Assembly: GCF_009914755.1 (NCBI RefSeq)
Contig: NC_060926.1
Origin: the human T2T-CHM13v2.0 reference genome, Homo sapiens
DNA: 64,000 nt
Reading direction: 5' to 3' (one strand)
A model generated the notes under the pieces. The model saw only the letters and a list, made by a program, of their open reading frames with translations. It did not search any database and had not been told where the DNA came from. Both the position numbers and the translations under genes were made by a program. The first letter of the stretch is position 1. Each line of letters starts with the position of its first letter. Positions 42,361 to 56,600 of this stretch are shown here, piece by piece.

Positions 42361-44659
42361 GAATCGAATGCAATCATCGAACGGAATCGAATGGCATCAC
42401 CGAATGGAATCCAATGGAACCACCATTGAATGGACTCGAATGGAATCATCATTGAATGGAATCGAATGGAATCATCGAATGGACTCGAATGGAATCATCA
42501 TCGATTGGAATCAAATGGAATCATCGAATGGAATCGAAAGGAATCATCATCAACTGTAATGAACTGGAATCATTGAATGGAATCGAATGGAATCGTCATC
42601 AAAAATAATCGAATAGAATAATCAAATGGAATCAAATGCAATCAACATCAAATGGAATTGAATGGAATCCTAGAATGACATCGAATGGAATCCTCATCGA
42701 ATGGAATCAAAGGGAATCAATATCAAATGGAATCGAAAGCAATCATTGAATGGACTTGAATACAATCATCAAATGGATTTGAAGGGAATCCTCATTGAAT
42801 GGAATAGAACAAAAACATTGAATGGACACGAATGGAATCATCATCGAATGGAATCAAATGGAGTCATCAAATGGACTCGAATGGAATCATCATCAAATGG
42901 GATCATCATCAAATGGAATCGAATGGAGTCATCGAATGGACACGAATGAATGAACAAATGGACTCGAATGGAAACATCAAATAGAATCGAATGGAATCAT
43001 CGAAAGGAATTGAATGGAATTATTGAATGGACTCGAATGGAATCATCTAATGGACACGAATGGAATAATCATAAAATGGAATCGAATGGAATCATCAAAT
43101 GGACTCGAATGAATGGAATCATTGAATGGACTCGAATGGAATCATCGAATGGACTCAAATGGAATCATCATCAAATGGACTCGAATGGAATCATCACATG
43201 GAATCAAACCGAATCGTCATCGAATGGAATCAAATGGAATCATCGAATGGAATTGAAGGCAATCATCATCGAATGGAATCGAATGGAATCATCATCAAAT
43301 GGAATCAAGCGGAAGGAATCATCAAATGGAATCAAATGGAATCATTGTTGAATGGAATGGAATGGAATCATTGAATGGAATTGAATGGGATCACCAATGA
43401 ACGGAATCAAATGGAATCATCTTCTAGTGGAATCGAAAGGAATCATCAAATACACTCGAATGGAATCATCATCGAATGGAATCGTGTGGAATCGTCGAAT
43501 GAACTGGAAATGAATCATAATCAAATGCAATTAAAATGAATCATCATCGAAAGGAATCACATGGAATCATCATCGAATGGAATCATGTGGAAACATCACA
43601 GAATGGAATTGAATGGAATCATCAGTTGGACTCGAATGGAATCATCAAATGTACTCGAAGGGACGCGTCAAATGGACTCGAACGGAATCATCATCGAATG
43701 GAATCGAATGGGATCATCGAAAGGACTCGAATCAAATCTTCAAAAGGACTCAAAGGGAATCATTGTAGAATGGAATTGAATAGATTCATCAGACAGCGTC
43801 GAATGGAAACATCATTGAATGGAATTGATTGGAAACATCGAATTCACTCGAATGGAATCATCATCTGATGGAATTCAATGGAATCATCGAATGGACACAA
43901 ATGGAATCATCATCAAATGGAATCCATTGGAACGATTGAATGGAGTCGCATGGAATTATCAAATGGAATCGAATGGAATCATCTTTGAATGGAATCAAAT
44001 GGAATCATCGAATGGAATCGAAGGCAATCATCATTGAATGGAATCGAATGGAATCATCGAATGGTATCCAAAGGAATCACCATTGAATGCCCTCGCATGG
44101 AATCATCATCATATAGAGTAGAAAGGAATCATTGAATGGACTCGAATGGAACCATCATTGAATAGAATCACCAAATGGAATCAAATGGAATCACCATCAA
44201 ATGAAATCAAACGGAATCATCAAATGGAATCGAATGGAATCATCATTGAATGGATTCGAATAGAATCTTTGAATGAAATTGAATGGAAGCAGCATGAAAT
44301 GGAATCTAAAGGAATCATAGAATGGTATCGAATGGAATCATCGTGGAATGGAATGGAATGGAATGGAATGGAATCAGCATCGAATGGAATCAAAAGCAAT
44401 CATTCCATGGACTCTAATAGAATCATCGAATAGACTTGAATGTAATCATCATCGAATGGAGAAGAATGGAATCATCCAATGGACACGAATGGAATCATCC
44501 TCGAATGCAATCGAATGGAATCATATAATGGACCCGAATGGAATCATCATTGCATGCAATAGAATGGAATCGTCATCGAATGGAATCGTATGGAATCATC
44601 TAATGAACCCGAATGGAATCATCGTCGAAATGAATAGAATGCAATCATCATCAAATGGA

Positions 44660-47600
44660 ATCGAATGGAATCATCATCAAATAGAATCGAATGGAATCAT
44701 CAAATGGAATCGAATGGAGTCATTGTCTAATGCAATCGAATGAAATCATAGAATGGAATCCCATGGAATCAACATCGAATGGAATCGATTGGAATCATTA
44801 TCAAATAGAATTGAATGGAATCACTGAATGGAATCATCATCAAATGGACTCCAACAGAATCATCGAATTGACTCTAATGGAATCATCACTGAATGGAACA
44901 GAATGGAATAATCAAATGGAAACGAATGGAATCATCATCGAATGGAATCGAATGGTATCATCAAATGCACTTGAATGGAATCATCAATGAATGCAATCAA
45001 ATGGTATAATCGAATGGAATCAAATGGAATCATCTTCGAGTGGAACCTAAAGGAATCGCCAAATGGACTCCAATGGAATAATCATCGTATGGAATCGAGG
45101 GGAATCATCGAATGTACTCGAATGGAATCATCGAATGTACTCGAATGGAATCATCGAATGGAATCGAATGGAATCATGGTCGAACGGAAAAGAATGGAAT
45201 CATCAAGTGGACACGAATGGAATCAACATCTAATGGAATGGAATGGAATCATCAAATGGAATGGAATGGAATCATCATCGAATGGAATAAAATGGAATCA
45301 TCAAATGGAATCAAATGGAATCATCAATGAATGGAATCGAATGGTATCATGGAATGGAATTGAATGGAATCGTCTTTGAGTGGAATCTAAAGGAATCACC
45401 AAATGGACTCCAATCATCAGATGGAATCGAGTGGAATCATCGAATGTAGTCGAATGCAATCATCATCGAATGGAATTGAATGGAACCAACGAATGGAATA
45501 CAAAGGAATCATAGAATGGACTCGAATGGAATCATCATTGAATGGAATGAAATGGAATCATCATGGAATGGAATTGAATGGAATCATCGAATGGACTCGA
45601 AAGGAATTATGCTCGAATGGAATCTAATGGAATCATCAAATGGACTCAAATGGAATCATCATCGAATGAAATCGTATGGAATCATCGAATGCAACTGAAT
45701 GGAATCATTGAATGGACTTGAAAGGAATTATTATGGAATGGAATTGAATGCAATCATTGAATGGACTTGAAAGGAATCATCATCAAGTGGAATCGAATGG
45801 AATCATTGAATGGACTCGAATTGAATCTTTGAATGGAATCGAATGGAATCATCATTGAATGGAGTCAAATGGAATCATCATCAAATGGAATTGAATGGAA
45901 TCTTCATTGAATGGACTCGAATGGAATCATCATCAAATGGAATCTAATCGAATCATCAATGAAGGGAATCGAATGGAATCATCATCGAATGGAATCGAAT
46001 GGAATCATCAACAAGTGGAAACGAATGAAATCATCGAATGGAATCGAATGGTGTCAGCGAATGGACACGAAAGGAATCATCGAATGGAATCAAATGGAAT
46101 CACCATCGAATGGAATCCAATGGAATCACCATCGAATGGAATGTTATGAAATCATCTCATGGACTCGAAGGGAATCATCATCGAATGGAATCGAATGGAA
46201 TCATTGAATGAAATGGAAAGGAATCACCATCGAATGGAATGTTATGGAATCTTCTAATGGACTCGAAGGGAATCATCATCGAATGGAATCGAATGGAATC
46301 ATTGAATGCAATTGAATGGAATCATCATCAAATGGAATCGAATGGAATCATCGAATGGAATCTGAATGGAATCATCAATGAATGGAATCAAATGGAATCA
46401 TCTAATGGACGTGAATGGAATCATCGTCGAAAGCAATGAAATGTAATTCAATCGAATGGACATGAATGGAATCATCATTGAATGGAATCAAATGGAATCA
46501 TCAAATGGAATAGAATGGAGTCATGGTCGAATGTAATCGAATGTAATCATCGAATGGCATCGAATGGAATCATCGACTGGAAAAGAATGGAATCATCATC
46601 GAATGGAAATGAATAGAATCACAGAATGAAATCGAATGGAATCATCATCGAATGGAGTCTAATGGAATAATCATCGAATGGAATAGAATGGAATCATCGA
46701 GTGGACACGAATGGAATCATCATTGAATGGAATCGAATAGAATCATCAAATGGACTTGAATGGAAACATCATCGAATCTAATTGAATTTAGTCATTGAAT
46801 GGCATTGAGTGGAATCATCATTGAATGGAATCTAAGGAAATCATCGAATGGACTCGAGTGGAATCATCGAATGGACTCGAGGGGAATCATCATCGAATGG
46901 ATTCGACTGTAATCATCGATTGGACTCGAATGGAATCATCATTGAATGGAATCGAATGGAATCAACGAATGGACTCGAATAGAATCATCATCGAATGGAA
47001 TCGAATGGAATCAAAGAATGGACTCTAATGGACTCATCATCAAATGGAATCTAATGGAATCATCTAATGGACCTGAAAGGAATCATCATTGAATGGAATG
47101 GAATGGAATCATCGAATGGACTCGAATGGAATCATCATCGAAGGGAATCTAATGGAATCATTGAATGGACTCGAATGGAATAATCGAATGGGCTTGAGTG
47201 GAATCATCATCAAATGGAATCGAATGCAATCATCAAATGGACTCGAATGGAATCATCGTCAAATCGAATCGAATGGAATCATCATCAAAGGGAATCGAAT
47301 GGAATCCTCATCGAATGGAATCGAACGGAATCATCATCGAATGGAATCACCAAATTGAATCGAATGGAATGATCGTCAAAGACAATCGAAGGGAAACATC
47401 GAATGGGATTGAACAGAGTCATCGAATGGAATCGATAGGAATCATCGAATGGATTCAAATGGAATCATCAACGAATGGAAACGAACGGAACATCGAATGG
47501 ACACGAATGGAATCATCATCAAATAGGATTTAATGGAATCATCAAATGGCATCGAATGGAACCACCGTTGAATGGAATCGAATGGAATCATCGAATGGCA

Positions 47601-50600
47601 TCGAATGGAATCATCATCGAATAAAATCAAATGGAATAATCGAATGTACTCGAATGGAATCATCAAATGGATTTGAGAGGAATCATCATCGAATGGAATT
47701 GAACAGAATCATCAAATGGACTCGAATGGAATCCTCATTGAATGGAATCGAATGGAATCATTCAATGGAGTCGAATGGAATAATCAGCAAATGGAATCGA
47801 ATGGAATCATTGAATATCAACGAATGGAATCATCATCGAATGGAGTCGAATGGAATCATCAAACGAACTCGAATGCAATCATCATAGAATGGAATCGAAT
47901 GGAATCTTTGAATGGACCTGAATGGAATCATCATCGAATGCAAACGAATGGAATCATCATCAAATGGAATCACATGGAATCATCAAATGGAAAAGAATTG
48001 AATAATCATAGAAAGGAATTGAATAGAATCATCGAATGAAACCGAATGGAATCATCATCGAATGGAATCGAATGGAATCATCAACAAGTGGAAACGAATG
48101 AAATCATCGAATGGAATCAAATGGTGTCATCGAATGGACACGAAAGGAATCATCGAATGGAATCAAATGGAATCACCATCGAATGCAATCAAATGGAATC
48201 ACCATCGAATGGAATGTTATGAAATCATCTCATGGACTCGAAGGGAATCATCATCGAATGGAATCGAATGTAATCATTGAATGAAATGGAAAGGAATCAC
48301 CATCGAATGGAATGTTATGGAATCTTCTAATGGACTAGAAGGGAATCATCATCGAATGGAATCGAATGGAATCATCATCAAATAGAATCGAATGGAATCA
48401 TCAAATGGAATCGAATGGAGTCATTGTCTAATGCAATCGAATGAAATCATAGAATGGAATCCCATGGAATCAACATCGAATGGAATCGATTGGAATCATT
48501 ATCAAATAGAATTGAATGGAATCACTGAATGGAATCATCATCAAATGGACTCCAACAGAATCATCGAATTGACTCTAATGGAATCATCACTGAATGGAAC
48601 AGAATGGAATAATCAAATGGAAACGAATGGAATCATCATCGAATGGAATCGAATGGTATCATCAAATGCACTTGAATGGAATCATCAATGAATGCAATCG
48701 AATGGTATAATCGAATGGAATCAAATGGAATCATCTTCGAGTGGAACCTAAAGGAATCGCCAAATGGACTCCAATGGAATAATCATCGTATGGAATCGAG
48801 GGGAATCATCGAATGTACTCGAATGGAATCATCGAATGTACTCGAATGGAATCATCGAATGGAATCGAATGGAATCATGGTCGAACGGAAAAGAATGGAA
48901 TCATCAAGTGGACACGAATGGAATCAACATCTAATGGAATGGAATGGAATCATCAAATGGAATGGAATGGAATCATCATCGAATGGAATAAAATGGAATC
49001 ATCAAATGGAATCAAATGGAATCATCAATGAATGGAATCGAATGGTATCATGGAATGGAATTGAATGGAATCGTCTTTGAGTGGAATCTAAAGGAATCAC
49101 CAAATGGACTCCAATCATCAGATGGAATCGAGTGGAATCATCGAATGTAGTCGAATGCAATCATCATCGAATGGAATTGAATGGAACCAACGAATGGAAT
49201 ACAAAGGAATCATAGAATGGACTCGAATGGAATCATCATTGAATGGAATGAAATGGAATCATCATGGAATGGAATTGAATGGAATCATCGAATGGACTCG
49301 AAAGGAATTATGCTCGAATGGAATCTAATGGAATCATCAAATGGACTCAAATGGAATCATCATCGAATGAAATCGTATGGAATCATCGAATGCAACTGAA
49401 TGGAATCATTGAATGGACTTGAAAGGAATTATTATGGAATGGAATTGAATGCAATCATTGAATGGACTTGAAAGGAATCATCATCAAGTGGAATCGAATG
49501 GAATCATTGAATGGACTCGAATTGAATCTTTGAATGGAATCGAATGGAATCATCATTGAATGGAGTCAAATGGAATCATCATCAAATGGAATTGAATGGA
49601 ATCTTCATTGAATGGACTCGAATGGAATCATCATCAAATGGAATCTAATCGAATCATCAATGAAGGGAATCGAATGGAATCATCATCGAATGGAATCGAA
49701 TGGAATCATCAACAAGTGGAAACGAATGAAATCATTGAATGGAATCGAATGGTGTCAGCGAATGGACACGAAAGGAATCATCGAATGGAATCAAATGGAA
49801 TCACCATCGAATGGAATCCAATGGAATCACCATCGAATGGAATGTTATGAAATCATCTCATGGACTCGAAGGGAATCATCATCGAATGGAATCGAATGGA
49901 ATCATTGAATGAAATGGAAAGGAATCACCATCGAATGGAATGTTATGGAATCTTCTAATGGACTCGAAGGGAATCATCATCGAATGGAATCGAATGGAAT
50001 CATTGAATGCAATTGAATGGAATCATCATCAAATGGAATCGAATGGAATCATCGAATGGAATCTGAATGGAATCATCAATGAATGGAATCAAATGGAATC
50101 ATCTAATGGACGTGAATGGAATCATCATCGAAAGCAATGAAATGTAATTCAATCGAATGGACATGAATGGAATCATCATTGAATGGAATCAAATGGAATC
50201 ATCAAATGGAATAGAATGGAGTCATGGTCGAATGTAATCGAATGTAATCATCGAATGGCATCGAATGGAATCATCGACTGGAAAAGAATGGAATCATCAT
50301 CGAATGGAAATGAATAGAATCACAGAATGAAATCGAATGGAATCATCATCGAATGGAGTCTAATGGAATAATCATCGAATGGAATAGAATGGAATCATCG
50401 AGTGGACACGAATGGAATCATCATTGAATGGAATCGAATAGAATCATCAAATGGACTTGAATGGAAACATCATCGAATCTAATTGAATTTAGTCATTGAA
50501 TGGCATTGAGTGGAATCATCATTGAATGGAATCTAAGGAAATCATCGAATGGACTCGAGTGGAATCATCGAATGGACTCGAGGGGAATCATCATCGAATG

Positions 50601-53600
50601 GATTCGACTGTAATCATCGAATGGACTCGAGGGGAATCATCATCGAATGGATTCGACTGTAATCATCGATTGGACTCGAATGGAATCATCATTGAATGGA
50701 ATCGAATGGAATCAACGAATGGACTCGAATAGAATCATCACCGAATGGAATCGAATGGAATCAGAGAATGGACTCTAATGGAGTCATCATCAAATGGAAT
50801 CTAATGGAATCATCTAATGGACCTGAAAGGAATCATCATTGAATGGAATGGAATGGAATCATCGAATGGACTCGAATGGAATCATCATCGAAGGGAATCT
50901 AATGGAATCATTGAATGGACTCGAATGGAATAATCGAATGGGCTTGAGTGGAATCATCATCAAATGGAATCGAATGCAATCATCAAATGGACTCGAATGG
51001 AATCATCGTCAAATCGAATCGAATGGAATCATCATCAAAGGGAATCGAATGGAATCCTCATCGAATGGAATCGAACGGAATCATCATCGAATGGAATCAC
51101 CAAATTGAATCGAATGGAATGATCGTCAAAGACAATCGAAGGGAAACATCGAATGGGATTGAACAGAGTCATCGAATGGAATCGATAGGAATCATCGAAT
51201 GGATTCAAATGGAATCATCAACGAATGCAAACGAACGGAACATCGAATGGACACGAATGGAATCATCATCAAATAGGATTTAATGGAATCATCAAATGGC
51301 ATCGAATGGAACCACCGTTGAATGGAATCGAATGGAATCATCGAATGGCATCGAATGGAATCATCATCGAATAAAATCAAATGGAATAATCGAATGTACT
51401 CGAATGGAATCATCAAATGGATTTGAGAGGAATCATCATCGAATGGAATTGAACAGAATCATCAAATGGACTCGAATGGAATCCTCATTGAATGGAATCG
51501 AATGGAATCATTCAATGGAGTCGAATGGAATAATCAGCAAATGGAATCGAATGGAATCATTGAATATCAACGAATGGAATCATCATCGAATGGAGTCGAA
51601 TGGAATCATCAAACGAACTCGAATGCAATCATCATAGAATGGAATCGAATGGAATCTTTGAATGGACCTGAATGGAATCATCATCGAATGCAAACGAATG
51701 GAATCATCATCAAATGGAATCACATGGAATCATCAAATGGAAAAGAATTGAATAATCATAGAAAGGAATTGAATAGAATCATCGAATGAAACCGAATGGA
51801 ATCATCATCGAATGGAATCGAATGGAATCATCAACAAGTGGAAACGAATGAAATCATCGAATGGAATCAAATGGTGTCATCGAATGGACACGAAAGGAAT
51901 CATCGAATGGAATCAAATGGAATCACCATCGAATGCAATCAAATGGAATCACCATCGAATGGAATGTTATGAAATCATCTCATGGACTCGAAGGGAATCA
52001 TCATCGAATGGAATCGAATGTAATCATTGAATGAAATGGAAAGGAATCACCATCGAATGGAATGTTATGGAATCTTCTAATGGACTAGAAGGGAATCATC
52101 ATCGAATGGAATCGAATGGAATCATCATCAAATAGAATCGAATGGAATCATCAAATGGAATCGAATGGAGTCATTGTCTAATGCAATCGAATGAAATCAT
52201 AGAATGGAATCCCATGGAATCAACATCGAATGGAATCGATTGGAATCATTATCAAATAGAATTGAATGGAATCACTGAATGGAATCATCATCAAATGGAC
52301 TCCAACAGAATCATCGAATTGACTCTAATGGAATCATCACTGAATGGAACAGAATGGAATAATCAAATGGAAACGAATGGAATCATCATCGAATGGAATC
52401 GAATGGTATCATCAAATGCACTTGAATGGAATCATCAATGAATGCAATCGAATGGTATAATCGAATGGAATCAAATGGAATCATCTTCGAGTGGAACCTA
52501 AAGGAATCGCCAAATGGACTCCAATGGAATAATCATCGTATGGAATCGAGGGGAATCATCGAATGTACTCGAATGGAATCATCGAATGTACTCGAATGGA
52601 ATCATCGAATGGAATCGAATGGAATCATGGTCGAACGGAAAAGAATGGAATCATCAAGTGGACACGAATGGAATCAACATCTAATGGAATGGAATGGAAT
52701 CATCAAATGGAATGGAATGGAATCATCATCGAATGGAATAAAATGGAATCATCAAATGGAATCAAATGGAATCATCAATGAATGGAATCGAATGGTATCA
52801 TGGAATGGAATTGAATGGAATCGTCTTTGAGTGGAATCTAAAGGAATCACCAAATGGACTCCAATCATCAGATGGAATCGAGTGGAATCATCGAATGTAG
52901 TCGAATGCAATCATCATCGAATGGAATTGAATGGAACCAACGAATGGAATACAAAGGAATCATAGAATGGACTCGAATGGAATCATCATTGAATGGAATG
53001 AAATGGAATCATCATGGAATGGAATTGAATGGAATCATCGAATGGACTCGAAAGGAATTATGCTCGAATGGAATCTAATGGAATCATCAAATGGACTCAA
53101 ATGGAATCATCATCGAATGAAATCGTATGGAATCATCGAATGCAACTGAATGGAATCATTGAATGGACTTGAAAGGAATTATTATGGAATGGAATTGAAT
53201 GCAATCATTGAATGGACTTGAAAGGAATCATCATCAAGTGGAATCGAATGGAATCATTGAATGGACTCGAATTGAATCTTTGAATGGAATCGAATGGAAT
53301 CATCATTGAATGGAGTCAAATGGAATCATCATCAAATGGAATTGAATGGAATCTTCATTGAATGGACTCGAATGGAATCATCATCAAATGGAATCTAATC
53401 GAATCATCAATGAAGGGAATCGAATGGAATCATCATCGAATGGAATCGAATGGAATCATCAACAAGTGGAAACGAATGAAATCATCGAATGGAATCGAAT
53501 GGTGTCAGCGAATGGACACGAAAGGAATCATCGAATGGAATCAAATGGAATCACCATCGAATGGAATCCAATGGAATCACCATCGAATGGAATGTTATGA

Positions 53601-56600
53601 AATCATCTCATGGACTCGAAGGGAATCATCATCGAATGGAATCGAATGGAATCATTGAATGAAATGGAAAGGAATCACCATCGAATGGAATGTTATGGAA
53701 TCTTCTAATGGACTCGAAGGGAATCATCATCGAATGGAATCGAATGGAATCATTGAATGCAATTGAATGGAATCATCATCAAATGGAATCGAATGGAATC
53801 ATCGAATGGAATCTGAATGGAATCATCAATGAATGGAATCAAATGGAATCATCTAATGGACGTGAATGGAATCATCGTCGAAAGCAATGAAATGTAATTC
53901 AATCGAATGGACATGAATGGAATCATCATTGAATGGAATCAAATGGAATCATCAAATGGAATAGAATGGAGTCATGGTCGAATGTAATCGAATGTAATCA
54001 TCGAATGGCATCGAATGGAATCATCGACTGGAAAAGAATGGAATCATCATCGAATGGAAATGAATAGAATCACAGAATGAAATCGAATGGAATCATCATC
54101 GAATGGAGTCTAATGGAATAATCATCGAATGGAATAGAATGGAATCATCGAGTGGACACGAATGGAATCATCATTGAATGGAATCGAATAGAATCATCAA
54201 ATGGACTTGAATGGAAACATCATCGAATCTAATTGAATTTAGTCATTGAATGGCATTGAGTGGAATCATCATTGAATGGAATCTAAGGAAATCATCGAAT
54301 GGACTCGAGTGGAATCATCGAATGGACTCGAGGGGAATCATCATCGAATGGATTCGACTGTAATCATCGATTGGACTCGAATGGAATCATCATTGAATGG
54401 AATCGAATGGAATCAACGAATGGACTCGAATAGAATCATCATCGAATGGAATCGAATGGAATCAAAGAATGGACTCTAATGGACTCATCATCAAATGGAA
54501 TCTAATGGAATCATCTAATGGACCTGAAAGGAATCATCATTGAATGGAATGGAATGGAATCATCGAATGGACTCGAATGGAATCATCATCGAAGGGAATC
54601 TAATGGAATCATTGAATGGACTCGAATGGAATAATCGAATGGGCTTGAGTGGAATCATCATCAAATGGAATCGAATGCAATCATCAAATGGACTCGAATG
54701 GAATCATCGTCAAATCGAATCGAATGGAATCATCATCAAAGGGAATCGAATGGAATCCTCATCGAATGGAATCGAACGGAATCATCATCGAATGGAATCA
54801 CCAAATTGAATCGAATGGAATGATCGTCAAAGACAATCGAAGGGAAACATCGAATGGGATTGAACAGAGTCATCGAATGGAATCGATAGGAATCATCGAA
54901 TGGATTCAAATGGAATCATCAACGAATGGAAACGAACGGAACATCGAATGGACACGAATGGAATCATCATCAAATAGGATTTAATGGAATCATCAAATGG
55001 CATCGAATGGAACCACCGTTGAATGGAATCGAATGGAATCATCGAATGGCATCGAATGGAATCATCATCGAATAAAATCAAATGGAATAATCGAATGTAC
55101 TCGAATGGAATCATCAAATGGATTTGAGAGGAATCATCATCGAATGGAATTGAACAGAATCATCAAATGGACTCGAATGGAATCCTCATTGAATGGAATC
55201 GAATGGAATCATTCAATGGAGTCGAATGGAATAATCAGCAAATGGAATCGAATGGAATCATTGAATATCAACGAATGGAATCATCATCGAATGGAGTCGA
55301 ATGGAATCATCAAACGAACTCGAATGCAATCATCATAGAATGGAATCGAATGGAATCTTTGAATGGACCTGAATGGAATCATCATCGAATGCAAACGAAT
55401 GGAATCATCATCAAATGGAATCACATGGAATCATCAAATGGAAAAGAATTGAATAATCATAGAAAGGAATTGAATAGAATCATCGAATGAAACCGAATGG
55501 AATCATCATCGAATGGAATCGAATGGAATCATCAACAAGTGGAAACGAATGAAATCATCGAATGGAATCAAATGGTGTCATCGAATGGACACGAAAGGAA
55601 TCATCGAATGGAATCAAATGGAATCACCATCGAATGCAATCAAATGGAATCACCATCGAATGGAATGTTATGAAATCATCTCATGGACTCGAAGGGAATC
55701 ATCATCGAATGGAATCGAATGTAATCATTGAATGAAATGGAAAGGAATCACCATCGAATGGAATGTTATGGAATCTTCTAATGGACTAGAAGGGAATCAT
55801 CATCGAATGGAATCGAATGGAATCATCATCAAATAGAATCGAATGGAATCATCAAATGGAATCGAATGGAGTCATTGTCTAATGCAATCGAATGAAATCA
55901 TAGAATGGAATCCCATGGAATCAACATCGAATGGAATCGATTGGAATCATTATCAAATAGAATTGAATGGAATCACTGAATGGAATCATCATCAAATGGA
56001 CTCCAACAGAATCATCGAATTGACTCTAATGGAATCATCACTGAATGGAACAGAATGGAATAATCAAATGGAAACGAATGGAATCATCATCGAATGGAAT
56101 CGAATGGTATCATCAAATGCACTTGAATGGAATCATCAATGAATGCAATCGAATGGTATAATCGAATGGAATCAAATGGAATCATCTTCGAGTGGAACCT
56201 AAAGGAATCGCCAAATGGACTCCAATGGAATAATCATCGTATGGAATCGAGGGGAATCATCGAATGTACTCGAATGGAATCATCGAATGTACTCGAATGG
56301 AATCATCGAATGGAATCGAATGGAATCATGGTCGAACGGAAAAGAATGGAATCATCAAGTGGACACGAATGGAATCAACATCTAATGGAATGGAATGGAA
56401 TCATCAAATGGAATGGAATGGAATCATCATCGAATGGAATAAAATGGAATCATCAAATGGAATCAAATGGAATCATCAATGAATGGAATCGAATGGTATC
56501 ATGGAATGGAATTGAATGGAATCGTCTTTGAGTGGAATCTAAAGGAATCACCAAATGGACTCCAATCATCAGATGGAATCGAGTGGAATCATCGAATGTA

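Noticed and set aside
47442-55117. Recurrent minus-strand ORFs (MMIPF...), also at 29933-30139
   Set aside because: They arise from 1-bp indels in the satellite (e.g. GAACGGAACATCG) and are copied with the 3.7-kb unit. There is no evidence of coding function.
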